DNA from: Balamuthia mandrillaris
Lineage: Eukaryota
NCBI GenBank assembly: GCA_031835245.2
Contig: JAVKOQ020000065.1
Span: 124,001 to 188,000, forward strand
Direction of reading: 5' to 3'
Length of the DNA stretch: 64,000 nt
How positions within the stretch are numbered: the first letter of the stretch is position 1; every line of letters begins with the position of its first letter. Below are positions 1 through 14,089 of the stretch, piece after piece. A model generated the notes under the pieces. That model was not told where the DNA came from. It was given only the letters and a program-made list of their open reading frames with translations, and ran no database searches. A program made the translations under genes and the position numbers.

Positions 1-93
1 CACCCTTTGAGCCCAACCCAGGAACTCCTCTTGCTCTTCTTCGTGGGCGAGGAGGACGGAGGAGGAGTTCGTCTCTTTGCTTTCCGCTTCCAT
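1..93 (-). CDS. 5' end of a gene running off the window (MEAESKETNSSSVLLAHEEEQEEFLGWAQRV...), function unknown
   Basis: ATG at 93 follows an AT-rich intergenic region and the frame is open to the window edge. FLxW weakly recalls the start of SETD3/Rubisco-LSMT-type SET proteins, but the fragment is too short to call. Confidence 0.45.
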   Translation of the reverse strand, partial: MEAESKETNSSSVLLAHEEEQEEFLGWAQRV

Positions 94-326
94 TTCTTTG
101 TTAAAAAAATAATGACCAATAATTGAACATTTATTTATCTTTTTAGTTAATTTTCTCAATTTTTTCTGTCGTTCGTTTTCTTAAGCGAAAAATTAAGATT
201 TTTTTGTTAATTAGATGAAAAATCGACGCCGATCGATTTTTCTGCAATCAATCAATAAAAATTAACAATCAATAAAATAATAAAAATGTTTTTTTTTCAA
301 GAATTTTTGCAAATATATTTTTTGGT

Positions 327-645
327 TTAAACAAGGCTCTCATTTTCGCTCCGTGGATTGAAGTCATCCTCCCCCTCGTCCGAGGAAGCAGCTTCTTGTC
401 TCTTCTTCGATGAGGATGATGATGAAGAAGAAGAGGAGCCTTGGTTGGCAAAAGAGGAGATGTCCTTGTCATCAAGCTCTTCGGCGCCGCGGTCCAGGAG
501 GTCGTCTTCCTCCTCGTCCTCATCCATGTCGTGCAAGAGGGCGTTGGTGTCGTTGCCTTCCAGACGAGAGTAGGCGCTGCCTCTTGGCCTGCTTCCTCTT
601 CGTTGGGCCGCACCTCTTCCCTCTGTATGGATAATGTAAGCAATA

Positions 646-688
<43 letters not shown>

Positions 689-924
689 AAAGGGAAAGGA
701 AAGGAGAGCACGAAAAGGAGAGCAAGAAGAGAAAGAAGCGTACGTGAAGCTCTGTATTCAGGAGGAAGGACAAAGTTGGGGACGTGGTCTTTGAGGGCCT
801 CTCGAACGGCATCGTTCTTGCGGACCAAAATGACCGTCGTGATGAGCGCTGCCGTTACCACCACAAACAAAACGAGAACTAGAACTCCAAAAACTTTTAA
901 ACACAACAAAAAGTCAGACGAAAG

Positions 925-955
<31 letters not shown>

Positions 956-3900
956 GAAACGAACTGGCTCCACCGCTCATGCCCTTTTTGCCGCTGCCGG
1001 ATCCGCCGGAACCATCGCAGCTGGTCCTCTCGGGTTCCCATTTCATGCTCTCTGGCACTTGAGGAGAGGCCATACATTTGTCTCCCGGAACTCGTTGATA
1101 TCTGTTTTCATTTTTCAAAAAGAATCAATACAGGAGATAAGAGACGGACGAGGACGAGGACCAGGATGAGGAGAGAGAGAGAGAGAGAGAGAAACGAAAT
1201 GAGAGAGAGAAAGGAATAAACATAATGGTAACAAACCCTTTAGTTTTCAGCCAATAGTCATTGCAAGGGCTGGGAGGTAATTGCTCATAGTCGGGGCAGG
1301 AAAGCACGCATTCGTCCTTATCGTTTCTGGTATAACAATAGTCGCTGTTTTTTTTGTAAAATTTTAGAACTCAAAAGTCAATATTTCTGTTGTAGGCTGA
1401 AAAGAAAAAACAAGGTACCATTCGTAGTCTTCCCTCTTGCACTGACACTGTGTGACAAAGACTGGTCGCTCCAAGTCATCCGGCACAAAGCACTCGGCGT
1501 CCTGCTTTCTCCTTTTATAGGTGAACTTCTGTCCCAACAGGCACTCATCTCCCGTGTTCTCGCTGGGGCTCCACAGTTCATAGTCATCGTTGGTGCAGGA
1601 ACGTTCGTGCAGCTTGGAGAAGTCCAAGTGGATGACAACACCTTTGCCGTTGCGCTCGCCGTAGACGAGGAAGGCGAGGCCGGTGTTGGAGGGCTCGGTG
1701 GCCACGTTAGTGATGTCGATGGAGCCGAGGTCGGTTATGCGGCAGGTTTCCCAGTGGAGACCTTCGTTCCAAGAATAACTGTTTTAATCCAATTTTGTTT
1801 ATGTGTGAGTACTAAACAACGCGAAAGAGAACAAAAGAAAGAAAAAGAAGAGCCAGAAGAAAGCAGATGCAACGAGAGAAGATTAAAAATAATAAGAAAA
1901 TAAGAAAGAAGTCGGAAGATAGAAAAGATGAGGATTGCATACTGAACAATATCAGATGCGTCTTTGTTGTCAACATAGATGGAGAGCGCGCCATGGTCAG
2001 CAAACTCGTAGGTGTGAGGACCCTTGGCGATTTCTCTCCAGGTAAGTCCAGCATCACGAGAGAAGAACGTGCTCATCTCCAAAGTATCCAAATATGGGCC
2101 AACGTTACCTATAATTGAAAGAAGAAGGCAAAAGATACGAAAAGGATTAAATCTAAAATTGTTGTCGAAAGAAGGAAAAGAAGAGAGAAAAGAAAGGTAG
2201 AATACCATTTGCAAAGATCAAACCAAGAGCGTTTTCGTTGGTATAGAACTGGCCAAAAGTGGAGGCAGTCCTGCCAACTAAATGAAGGTGACAATCCCCA
2301 GAGCAATCCCAAGGCTTGCCGTTTACATCTTTTTCGGGAGCAGTCAATTGACGCCATTCCGCTCCTTTGTTAATGTTCATTTTTGGTTGTTTTTGTTTTG
2401 TTAGCTTGTATTTGAGCAAAACAAAAAGAAAGCCAGAACAGTAATAAAACCTTTGTCATAGGTGATGAAAGTCTTCAAAGGAGCGTTCGAGCCATCATAA
2501 ATAGTCTCAGGATTCTGTACATCGTACTTGTTGGCAATGTAAATGCCCTCCAAGCCAGAGACTCTGCCAAAATCAACGGGTCCGCTGGGAAGGCGCTTGT
2601 GGTACCTGAGAGCTTCAGTAAACTTGGTCTTGTCGGCATTGGCGGAGTAGGTTATACCCCATGATTTGTCGCGGCTATGGTCCACATTGATGAAGGTTGT
2701 TTCGTTGCTAGCTTCCAAAATGGTGTAACGCTGTTTTGAAGACAGTGAGAACGAGAATGAGATGACAGATAGGGAAAGAAAACAAGAAACGAACATTCTC
2801 GGCCAAAAACTCTCCCTTGGGGAAGAGGATATCGAGGAAAGTATCTCCGTCATCAAGACTTCTGGCCAGACTGAGACCGGTGCTTCCTTTCTCCATCTTA
2901 GCGATGAAGATATCATCTTGGAAGAGCAAGAAAGCAATCACATGATCCAAACTATACTCTACGCTGTTAAACAGGTCATTGCTGCGCTGGAAGATGCATT
3001 GGGTCATGTCAAGCCCTCTCTGGTCGCCAGTTGGACTCCTCCATGTGACGATGAACACGGTCTCGTCGGAGGCGGTGGACTTGGTGTCACCGCTGGGTCG
3101 TGCCCATTCAGCTTGCTGCACGTATCGCGCGATAGGCTTCCACGTTGACCCAAAGTCCTTTGTCATGTATAACTGTTTTTGTGGTAATTAATAGGTTATT
3201 TTACGCACTGCAAACCAACGAAGAGCAGAAGAAAAGGACAGCAAGAAATAGCAATAGAAAAATAACAAAATAACAAAGAAAGAAAAGATAGAAAATAGAA
3301 AGAGAACCAGAAAGAGTAAGGTGAATAAAGAAGGGAGATGAAAGAAAAAAATGAAAGGTCGAAACGGTACGATGTTATAGCAAGGCTCAGCGGAAGTGAA
3401 ATCGCTGCAGGCAGCAGTGTCACCGATGGCGAGCGCCCAATCCGCTTTCTTTGGGTGGGGCATCAGAGACCAGATTCTCGTTGGGAGGAAGCGTGACTTG
3501 TAGCTTTCACCTTGGTCATTGGTCACCCACAAGCTTCTGGGATCCCTTCCAACAAAGTAAATCTGTTTGAACAAAATCCATTAGTTACAAAAAAGCACAG
3601 GAGAGAGAGAGAGAGAGAGAGAGAGTAAGGATGATATGGACAAAGAGAAGAAAAGAAGAATGACCTGTTTGGAGGAGGCAGTAAGGTAGATGCGACTGAT
3701 GGTGTCAGTGATTTGAGTCTGGCGCTCCAATTGCTTTCCTCCATCCACGCTGCGGTACACCGTGCCCTTCCATGATACGGCGAATATAGCCTTTCGTGTT
3801 TTTTTTTTGCATATGAGAAGAAGTATGGCAGAAGAAGAGTGGAAAGTAGAGGAGCAACGCGAGAGAGAGAGAGAGAGAGAGAGAGAAGAAAAGATGAGCA

Positions 3901-4279
3901 AAAGAGAGAACAGAGAGCAGCGAAGCAGCGAAAGAAAAGAGGCGTGATTTTGGGATGGGATGGGATAGGGTACCTCTAGAGAAGAAGCGGAGGGATCGTT
4001 TTTGTCCTTGTGCACCCATTCCAAAGCACCAATCTCAGAGTCCAAAGTGCTCTATTCAAGGGGAGAACCGGGAGTCAACGACACCCAATCCTTGCGTTAA
4101 GCCAGAGAAGAAGAGTGTGGGGGAAAGAAGGGAGAGAAAGCAAAGGGCCTTACCTCCCAAACGTTGATCCGGTCGCTGCAAAGAGGTTCCCCAAGTGCGG
4201 ACCCGCTGGAAAAGAGCACCACCGCCACCACCACAGACCACAACCACCAAAGGCTGTTACTTCTTTGGAGTGACCTCAT
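327..4279 (-). CDS. VPS10-domain sorting receptor (sortilin/Vps10 family), multi-exon
   Basis: Signal peptide (MRSLQRSNSLWWLWSVVVAVVLFS). Repeated Asp-box motifs (YRSVDGG, VTNDQGES, TKDFGSTW, SRDAGLTW). GLEGIYIAN, LHL and IIGNVGPYL motifs. 10CC module (CLLGQKFTYKRRKQDAEC, CQCKREDYE). TM helix near 830-890. Acidic tail ends ...ESLV with TAA at 327-329. Confidence 0.9.
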
Positions 4280-5068
4280 GTTTCCTTTTTATTTTATTAA
4301 AAAAAAGTGGTGAGGAGAGTTAAAGGCAAAATCAATAATAAAAAGACGTAGCGGCGAAGCAAAAGTATAAAGCCAGAAAAGAAAAATAGTTACGGATTAT
4401 TTTTTGCGTGTGAGAGATGATAAAGACTTTGTTTTTTGGATGAGAGCGTCCAAAAGAATCTTTCAGCAACCCGGCAAAAAAAAAAAAAAAAATTGGTTCG
4501 GCCTTCGCCTCGTTCTTCTTCTTCTTCTTCTTTTGGGGCCAAAAAACAAAACTTCTTCTTTTCTTTCCTCTTTTTTTTTTTTTTTTGTTCGATGACACAA
4601 CTTTTCCTCCTTCCTAAATGATATGGGATTGATAGCATCCCATTGGTGTCTACATACCATAAGCTTCCACCCACGCCAAGCCGGGATGGACAGTGATTTA
4701 TTGTCAGAGTGACATGTCGGTTTACTCAAAGGAAAGGCCTTCTTAATTACCCGACCGAAAGGCGAAATTTGCGAGTTTTCATGTCGTCCCGTAGTGTGTC
4801 GACGTAAATCAAGTTAGATTCCTAATTTGGTTAAACTAATCTCAGCTGGCTTACAAATGGAAAAGGAAATCGTAATGCCACAAAGGCAGCCTCTTGCTGG
4901 GGTAGTTTGTCCAATCCTTGAGATACAAAATATATAGATCGACGACTGGACAGGATTAGCCCTTTGCACATTCCCAGTAAATTCAGCATTACAGGTTGGT
5001 TACAGGGAATCGCCAAAAAACAGAGGAAAAAGAACAAACAGAAGAAGAACGAACGTTGCAGGTCCACC

Positions 5069-5434
5069 ATGCTAAGGCCAACGACCGCCGCCCCCGTGGC
5101 AACCCTTTTTGTCTTCCAGGACTTCCCTGTGGAGCTATGGGAACGCATCTTCATGCACATGGGCGTGGAGGGGGTCCTCCAGATGCGACTGCTCTCCTCC
5201 CTCTGCGCCAAGATCGGAGCTACCGTCCTGGCCCCAACCAACTATTCACGCCTAGAAAGACAGCGTTCTCTTTTTGCAAGCGGCGGTAACGCCCTACACA
5301 GGTTTTCACTTCTCTCTCCCTCCTCTCCTCTCCTCTCCTCCTTCTCTCTCCTCTCCTGTCCTCTCCTCTCCCTTTCCTTTCCCTTTGGTCCTCTCTGCTC
5401 TCTGCTCTCTCTGCTCTCCATCTCTGCTTCTCTC

Positions 5435-5466
<32 letters not shown>

Positions 5467-6398
5467 CTCCCTCTCTCTCCCTCTCATCTCGCTGGCTCTC
5501 TTCTCTGCTTCCCTCTCCTTCCCCACTCCTCTGTTTTTCAGCTCTTCTCTCTATTTCTCATTAACAATTACAAAGATCAGAGGAGAAGCTACAAAGAAAC
5601 GTAGGAGAAGCAAACCAAAATGAAGAGGAAGAACTGTCTTTCAACGAGGACTGCGATGACCTTGATAAGGAGGAAGAAGAAGAAGACAAAGAAGGTTTGT
5701 GGCATGTAACTCGCGAACGTATCATTAGTCGCTGTCATGTTGCCACTTTGAAGGACATAGCTCGGCTCAGCCGTTCCAAGAAGTTATGGAGAGCGGTTAC
5801 GCTCTGCCCTGACACCTGGCAGGCGCTTGTGAATGCTCTCAACGCCATTCTTTCTACAGCCAAGATCGATGCTGGCTTTTTCTCCTCCATCTGGAAGCGT
5901 GTTAGTTCTGGTGTGTTGTTCCTTCGTTTCTCTCTCTCTCTCTCTCTCTCTCTCTTCCTCTCTTCTAACAAATTCAACACTAATAAACACACAAAAAAGA
6001 CAAACCAGGAGATCAACCCCACCGACCTAGACTAGAGCCCAGCAAAGAACTCGAACACATTCTCTGCGCCTGTGACAGCCCTCTCCTCTCCTTCCTTCTT
6101 CAAACTGTTCCAACCCAGTTCTTCTCCAAGCTCAGCGTTTTGGTCAGGTCAGCCAAGGCCAAAACGGACTATGGCACTGTGGCCCAGTTAGCTCTCTGCC
6201 GAGCTCTTCCGGAGAATGTCGTGTTGGCCGAGCTGCTGCCATTCTTATACAACAATTGCGGCAGTGCAACTCCGAAGGATGTTGTTTGCTTGTTGTCATT
6301 GAAGCATCGTTGGTGCGAGTTTTGGCTTATGGATACCATCAAGCGCATGATACCTAAAATTGGTGTATGTATTTGTTTGTTCTTTTATTTCTTTGTTT

Positions 6399-6438
<40 letters not shown>

Positions 6439-6439
6439 T

Positions 6440-6477
<38 letters not shown>

Positions 6478-7718
6478 CCCTTCGTTTTTATTTGTACGTT
6501 ATGCTCACCTGAATGGTCATTCCTTTTGTTTGTGTCGAATGCATGCAGGTGAAGAAGCTCGCTAAGGTGGCCTTTTCGGAGAGCTTGCTGCCGACCGTTT
6601 CCTCTGACTTTCAAAAGATATTAAGACGTCAATTAACGAGCGTGCTGATGACCGCCAACTTTCAACAATTGCAGTATCTTCGTCAGTCCAACTTTGATCA
6701 TGAGGTAACATTCGTCCAGTAAAGCAAATGAACAAGAAAAGATAAGAGAGCAAGGTTTACTTACGCTCTTGCTATTTTGTTTTCTCAGGAATGGCGCAGT
6801 TTAGAGGCCATATCAGCTCGCTATAACTACCTGTTTCGCCACTTTGGCTATAAAGCCACAAACTTCAACTGCTACTACCTATGGCTTTATACGGACAGTT
6901 CGCATTCTCGTTCTCCTTCTCCTCTTTGTCCTCCAATTTCCCTTTCGTCTTCTTCTTCTTCGTCTTCTTTATCAACTTCTCAAAGATACCAAAATGAAAA
7001 CAAGGCAACCGAAGAAAACGAGAAAGAGAAAGAAAAAGATGAAAGCGAAGAAAGAGAAGATGGCGAAGAAAAGGAAGAGCATTTCGACTATCAACAACAA
7101 ATGCGAAGGCAAGAAGCGTTCGTTCGCTATTACCTGAAGAAGCACAATCCCAGATCTTCAGCATACCGACAGAAACAGAGTTCCTCTCCTTCGTCCTCGA
7201 GAAGAAGGTCACAAGAGGAAGATGAGAAAAGAAGGAAGAGCGGTGAACTGAATTTGCTAGCAACAGCAACCGACTCCCCAGCAAAACGAAGGAACAGCAA
7301 AGCAGCAGAACAACAACAACAATCTCAACGGGATGGTGTTGGTTTGGAGTTTGCACAAGGCGCAAAGGATCATTCCTTTGCAAGCTCTCAGCCGGAACGT
7401 TATTGGGCCTACCTCAGAAGCAGCACTAAAGATGCTTTGATGGACAGAAAGAAAGTGAAGGCCCTGACAGCGTCTCTCCAAACTACATTTAATGATATTC
7501 CTTACAAGGTTCGTTGCTTTGTGGTTCTTTGTTATTCTAGTTGTTCTGTCATCCATCGCCGTAGTATTCTTCTTTCTTGTCGGTGCTATCTTTCTTACCC
7601 CAACACATTTTCTTGCAGCACGAAGGCGTAGATACATTCTTTGAGTCGATGACAAGCTCTGCTGCTCCTCTAAGTACGCTGTCTTTCTTTATCCTCTCAT
7701 CTCTCGCTCTCTCTCTCT

Positions 7719-7759
<41 letters not shown>

Positions 7760-9312
7760 CTCTCTCTCTCTAGAAGTAACGACCAAGAAACTCACATTCA
7801 ACAATAGATGGCAACGTTTATGAAAAAGGATTCGAACCTCCAAAGCCCTTCAAGTCCAGCGGTCTTGCAAAACTCGTCACTGCCTATTTCAACCCCATGT
7901 GGAACAACTCTAATTCTTCCCTTCAACCGCTCATATTGCAAAAGATCTGTTCTTTCTTGCCTAAGGCCAACGAAGGAGATATCGAGAACCTCTGTTGCAT
8001 CCCCGAGCTTTGGCAACACGAAGCCATCTTCTTAGCGGTCGAAGACAGACTGGTTAACTCCCTTAAATCTTTTGAAACTCTGGAGTTAGTCCAACAGCTT
8101 CATCGCAACACCATCAACTTCATCCTCAACGCCAGTCCATCGAAGCTTCGGCGTCGCGTCTTTTGTCGACTCGACCTTCAACATCACATCTCTTTCGCTG
8201 ATACTTCTCGTCTCGTCGCTCTCCTAAAGAATCCAAAGCTGCAACATTTCATTCTCACCTCTACGAACGACAAATTGGTTCATTGCGTCAAAGCTACTAT
8301 AAAGCGCATCATATCGACCGTTACAGACATATCCGAGCTGGTGGAGCTGCTCATTCATGAAGAGGTAAAGCTCTACGTTCACGAGGACGAGCGGCTGATG
8401 AGTGCCGTGGATGATAAGCTGCTGATCCATTTGGTGCCCCTGGCCAACATGTTCTCGTTGAGGCTGCTGCTCAACTCGCCGTTGTCCGTTCGTGTTGCCA
8501 TATATGACGCTGCTCGTAATCAACGTTTTCGAGAAGAACAGAGACGCAAACAGCAGCAGCATCAACTAGTCGTTGTTGCATCAGATAAAGAGTCCACAAC
8601 AAGGACGACAACATCAGCATCGCTCTCTTCCTCTTCCACTTCCTTCGCTACTCCTGCACGCAGTTCTCCTTCTTCATCGTCTCCATCTTTTACTCTGAAG
8701 AAGCAACCATCAAAACAAAAGAAAGGGGACGAAGAAGAAAGAAACAAAGAGGAAGAGATTGAACAGCTACTGTTGCAGACCGGCAACCGGTTCATCTCTC
8801 TGACCAGGCCGATCGGCGACAATGCAATAGCTCTCTGCGAGGCCATTTGCCAACGCCTCTTCGTGCTCATCTCCGAATGTGAACGGTTGGACGACCTCGA
8901 GGACGTTCTCGGCCAATATGATCCCGACTTTGGAAAAAGGAGTGCTTCTTCTTCCTCCAACAACAACAACAACAACAGAAAGTGCAAGTCCGCAATGGAG
9001 GAAGGCTCTTGCGACATTCTTTGGCGAAAGGTGTTGAGGCATAACGAAACGCTGCAAATAGCTATGGTGGCCTGTTTGGAGCATTTGGTGCCGAACATGC
9101 CGCGAGAGGATCTGACGAGGGTGCCCAAGTGTCCTTGGCTGTGGAAGGAGGTGGTCAAGAACGAGGAGCTGAAGAGCACCTTGTTGCAGCAGAGCTTGTT
9201 GACCTATGACCGGGAGTCTTTGGCGATTGCAAGCAGTTTGAATGTCAACAGCAACAGCAGCAGTAACAACAACAGTAACAGCGGCGAGAACGGAGGCAAT
9301 GAGAGAGGATGA
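5069..9312 (+). CDS. Large multi-exon protein with an N-terminal F-box-like motif
   Basis: DFPVELWERIFMHMGVEGVLQMRLLS resembles an F-box. Intron 5302-5575 (ends AAG) restores the frame into 5576-5910. The last long exon is in the 7897-9312 frame. Joining everything into one gene is inferred. Confidence 0.6.
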
Positions 9313-9446
9313 GCCTGGGCTGCATTTCTGTTTTTTTTTTTTTTAAAGATAACAAAGCAAGAATAGAAACAGATAACAAAACCCCAAAAAAAAAAGAAAC
9401 AAATCCAGAAAAAACATTACAAAAAGAAAACCCACAAAAGAGAAAG

Positions 9447-9486
<40 letters not shown>

Positions 9487-9595
9487 AAGGAGGAAGAGCG
9501 AAAAAGAGAAGAGAAGAGGGAGGTTCAAATACAGGAAATAACAAGAAAAATTCTCATGAGAGCTCCCATCGCGGTTCGAACCGGCGGCTTCATTT

Positions 9596-9632
9596 TTTAT
9601 TGTCGACTTCAAGGCCAAAAGTCGACAATAAA
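9596..9632. promoter_or_regulatory. Perfect 14-bp inverted repeat carrying two GTCGAC motifs, upstream of xfp
   Basis: TTTATTGTCGACTT-(9 nt)-AAGTCGACAATAAA, about 210 bp before the ATG. Confidence 0.5.
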
Positions 9633-9842
9633 CCTCAACTGAAATCCCAAAGAAAGAAGGGGAGCAAGAAGAATGCAAACTCGCAAGAAACTCGCCCTCC
9701 TCCTCCCTTTGAAGAAAAAAACAAAATGCTTGCCCTTTTATTATTATTTTTTTTTTTTTGGTTCTCCACACATTGGTGAAACTGTTTAAAAGCCAAACCC
9801 TAACTACATACCATATAACCGGAGAAAAAAATATAAACACGG

Positions 9843-12800
9843 ATGGAAGCAACCCCCGAACCCAAGAGGAAAGCGACGGTGGGCGTGGCGTTGGACGTCA
9901 TGAAGGCGGCGCGGGAGGAGGGGGAGGAGCGCCTCGCCCGGCTGGAGAAGCTGGTCCGTGCCACCAACTACCTGGCGGCCGCGCAGATCTACCTCAAGGA
10001 CAACGTCCTCCTGTCGGAGCCGCTGAAAAGGGAGCACCTCAAGGAACGGCTGCTTGGCCATTGGGGTAATTTTTTAGGTCCTCTTTCAGACCTTTCACAA
10101 CAGAAAAAAAATAACTGAAAAATAAAAGGAACGTGCCCAGGACTGAACTTGGTGTATGCCCACGCCAGCAACCTCATCAAGAAACATGACCTCGACATGT
10201 TTCTCGTTGTTGGTCTGTCTCTCTCCCTCTTAGCTTCATCTCTCTCTCTCTCTCTCTCTCTTTCTTTATCTTGCTCCCCTTCTCGTCTTCTCTTCTTCTG
10301 TGTTCTGAAGACTCACCGCCATCCTATGACAAACCAACAAAAAAAAAAAGGGCCGGGCCATGGCGCACCATCCTACCTGGCCAACATTTGGGCGGAGGGA
10401 TCGCTGGGAAAGTTCTACCCCGACTATTGCAACAACTGGCATGGACTGAAGAACCTCATCTCCAAGTTTTCATGGCCGGAAGGCTTTCCTAGGTTTGTTT
10501 GTTTGTTTTCTTTTTTGCTTTGTCATTCTTAGCTCTCTCTTCTCTCTTTCTCTCTTTCTCTCTTTCTCTCGTTCTCTCCTTCTCTCTTCTCTCTTCTCTC
10601 TTCTCTCTTCTCTCTTCTCTCTTCTCGCTTCTCTCTTCTCGCTTCTCTCTTCTCGCTTCTCGCTTCTCGCTTCTCGCTTCTTTTCTCTTTTCTCTTTTCT
10701 CTTGTTGATAACGTGAAATGCGTTGCAGTCATGTCAATTCTGAAATGCCAGGATGCATCCACGAAGGAGGGTACGCTCTCACAATCACCACTTCCGTTGT
10801 ATTTGTTTGTAGGACAACATGCAAACGTCTTTCTCTTTCTCTCTGTTTGTTGAACAAGGGAGTTGGGTTACGCTCTGGCGGTCAGCTTTGGAGCAATAAT
10901 GGACAATCCCGATCTCATAGTAGCATGTGTTATTGGCGGTTTGTGTTCACTGGAAATTGCTGTGTTATTTTGTTCAGTGAGCTCACTAGAAAACCAAACA
11001 AGATGGAGAGAGTGAAACAGGACCAACAGCAACGGCGTGGCATTCGTATAAGTTCATTGACCCGAAAGAAAGCGGCGCCGTGCTGCCTATTCTTCATTTG
11101 AATCACTTTAAGATTGCCTCTGCCACTATCTACGGCAGTATGACGTACTTAACTCCTTTACCCGTCCTTCGTTTTCTTTTGCAGAACTGTGGGTAATATC
11201 AGTTATTTTACAGATACGAAGAGTTAAACAGCTTGTTCACTGGTTATGGCTACGAAGTTCGATTCGTGAGCGACCTTAAGAACATACATGCAGACCTCTG
11301 TGCGTCGATGGAATGGGCCTACAAGAGAATACGTCACATTCAGCAAGCTGCTCGCCAAGGAAATCCCATCGAAAGGCCTTACTGGCCCATGCTTGTCCTG
11401 GATACGCCAAAGGTACTGTTCTGTGCTTCCCCTTTTTCTTTTTCTTTTTCACCTTACTCTGTTTCTTTCTTGTACTTCTTCTACTTCCGCTTTTTGTAAC
11501 TAATGTTGAAAAATACAGGGATTCACTGGAGTTAAAGAACTAGATGGTAAAAAAATAGAAGGAAACTATCTTTCTCATCAAGTGCCCGTCGACCCGTTCT
11601 CATCCGACAAAGCCTTCTCCGCGGTCGAGCAATGGCTAAAGTCTTATCAGGTACATGAACTGTTTGACCTGGAAACAGGATCATTGATAAAAGAGCTCCG
11701 AGAATGTTTTCCGCGAAAGGAACGAAGGATGGGTATGAATCCTCACACAATGCCTCGTTTCAAGCCGTTGGATCTTCCTCCTCTCGAAAAATATGCTTGT
11801 ACTCTTGAAGGAGACGAGGAAGAAAAAGGCAAAGACAGACAAAACGAACCGAACGAGAAGAAACGAGGTAAACACAGTTGTGGCTTGATGCAACAGCTAG
11901 GAAAGTACTTAGCAGGAGTCATCGAACGGAATCCCACGCGGTTCAGAATCTTCAGCCCCGACGAATTGGTTAGCAATAAGTTGGAAGGTGTATTTGAGGT
12001 CACCAATCGCAATACACAGTGGTGGCATGGCCTGGGTCAGGGAGAGACCAAAAAGCGAGACACAGCCCGGGTCATCGAGATGTTGAGTGAGCATACCTGC
12101 CAAGGGTTTGTTTCAGTTTTGTGGCTTCAATGTTCATTCTTTGTTCTCTTTTCTTCTTGCTTTTCCTCCTCTGTTACTGTTGTTAATTTCACCAATGTTA
12201 TTTTTTTCATTTGAAAGGTGGATGCAAGGCTATTGCTTGACCGGCCGCTTTGCTCTCTTTCCGTCGTACGAGACCTTCCTCGGGATCATCACAACGATGA
12301 TGATGCAACACGCCAAGTTTATCAAACTCGGCCTTCAAACCAGTTGGAGACCGCCAACTCCTTCGTTGAACTACATTGAAACTAGCACTCTATGGCGACA
12401 GGAACACAACGGCTTCTCTCATCAAAATCCGATGTTTTCCTCGAACCTCATCAACATGAGGACGCAGCTGGTGAGAGTATTCTTCCCTCCTGATGCCAAC
12501 TGTTGTCTTTGGTGCATGGAGTATTGCCTCTCTCATCATAATACCATCAATTTAGTGGTAATTATGCTCTCCATTCTTCTCCTTTCTGGTTTTGGTCGTT
12601 TATTTTTTTTTCTCCCTCACCTTACATTCTTTATTCTTTTCTGTCTCCTTCTTTTTTGTCTCCTTCTTTTCAACTAAATGCACCATGACAATACAAAGGT
12701 AGGAACAAAGAAAGAAATGCCGCTGTTCTTCGACATGGAGGAAGCTAGGGCCAGATGCACGGCAGGCGCTTCAGTTTGGGAATGGATGAGCACTGATGAC

Positions 12801-13501
12801 GGTATCAATCCCGACGTTGTGCTTGTAGGCTGCGGCAACGAGACCAATAATGAGGTTTGTTGTTTCTCTTATCCATCATTTCTCTCTCTCTTACTGATTG
12901 TCAACACGAAACAACAACACAAACCAAAAACAAAAACAAAACAGGTTGTCGCAGCATGTTGCCTATTACGCAAAGACTGTCCTCAATTGCGTTTCCGAAT
13001 GGTGAATGTGATAGATCTTTTGGTGTTGGACCGCAACCGCGAGCTCCCTCATGCACTTGACGACGAGGAGTTTGACTCCCTCTTCACGAAGGACAAGCCG
13101 GTCATCTTCAACTACCATGGCTATCCTTCCACCGTCCATACATTGTTGTTCGGTCGAGACACGCAGCGCTTTCAAGTGGTACGTTTTGCTCTCTTGTTCC
13201 TCCTTGTCTTTAACATTAGTATCTCAATTACTTCTTAACAAACAAAAAGTCGGGATATATCGAGGAAGGAACAACCACGACGCCATTCGACATGTTGGCC
13301 GTCAACAAATGCAGCCGCTATCACATTGCCATCAAGGCGCTCAAGGCCGCCGCCCGCCAGAACGAGTCCGTGGCGATCGCCTCCCGCCTTCTCATCGCGG
13401 AGTACAAGCTGAGGCTGCAGGAGCACAAAAAGTACATCGTCCAGCACGGCAAGGACCCCGAGTACCTGGGCGACATGTTGAAGGAGGCCACCTCCTCTTA
13501 G
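9843..13501 (+). CDS. xfp: Xylulose-5-phosphate/fructose-6-phosphate phosphoketolase (XFP/XPK family)
   Basis: Spliced motifs [114 protein letters not shown] and [14 protein letters not shown]. About 10 introns. Confidence 0.95.
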
Positions 13502-14089
13502 GGAAGAGTACACCGGCCTGTTAATATCACGTCGACCTGAATAAATCCGTCCTGTTGCACAACTTGACAACCATTTGTTCAGTAAGTTTTAAGGCGATAT
13601 TTAAGGTGAGATGAGTCGACAAAAATCTTTAAAAGGTAATAATTTGTCGACATCTCGTTAAAAGGTAAGTTTACCTTAAAATGAGAAAATAAACAAAAAG
13701 AAAGAAAGGGACGACGAAAAGTTGAACCATTGACACCCATTCCGTTTCTTTCACTTCCGCCGGCGCCCTGCTTCTTCATTCGTTTGTTGCTCGTGTGTGT
13801 GTGGTACTATTTCTTCTTCGTCTTCTTCTTCTTTACAGCTCTTCTCTGCTGAACCACCCAAAAAAAAAGAAGGAAAGAAGCGTTAGCATGTTTTTGCTGT
13901 AAAAGTCGTTTCCAGCCTACCTCAACTACTACTCAACTACTACCGCCAAACCGGTACGTTCGCCACACATCCTCAGAGGGAGCGGGAGCGAGAGAGAGAG
14001 AGAGAGAGAGAGAGCGACATGTTTTAAAAAAATCTCCTCATCACAGAGATTAATATATTAGAAAAGAAATCAAAAAAAAATAGAAAGAG

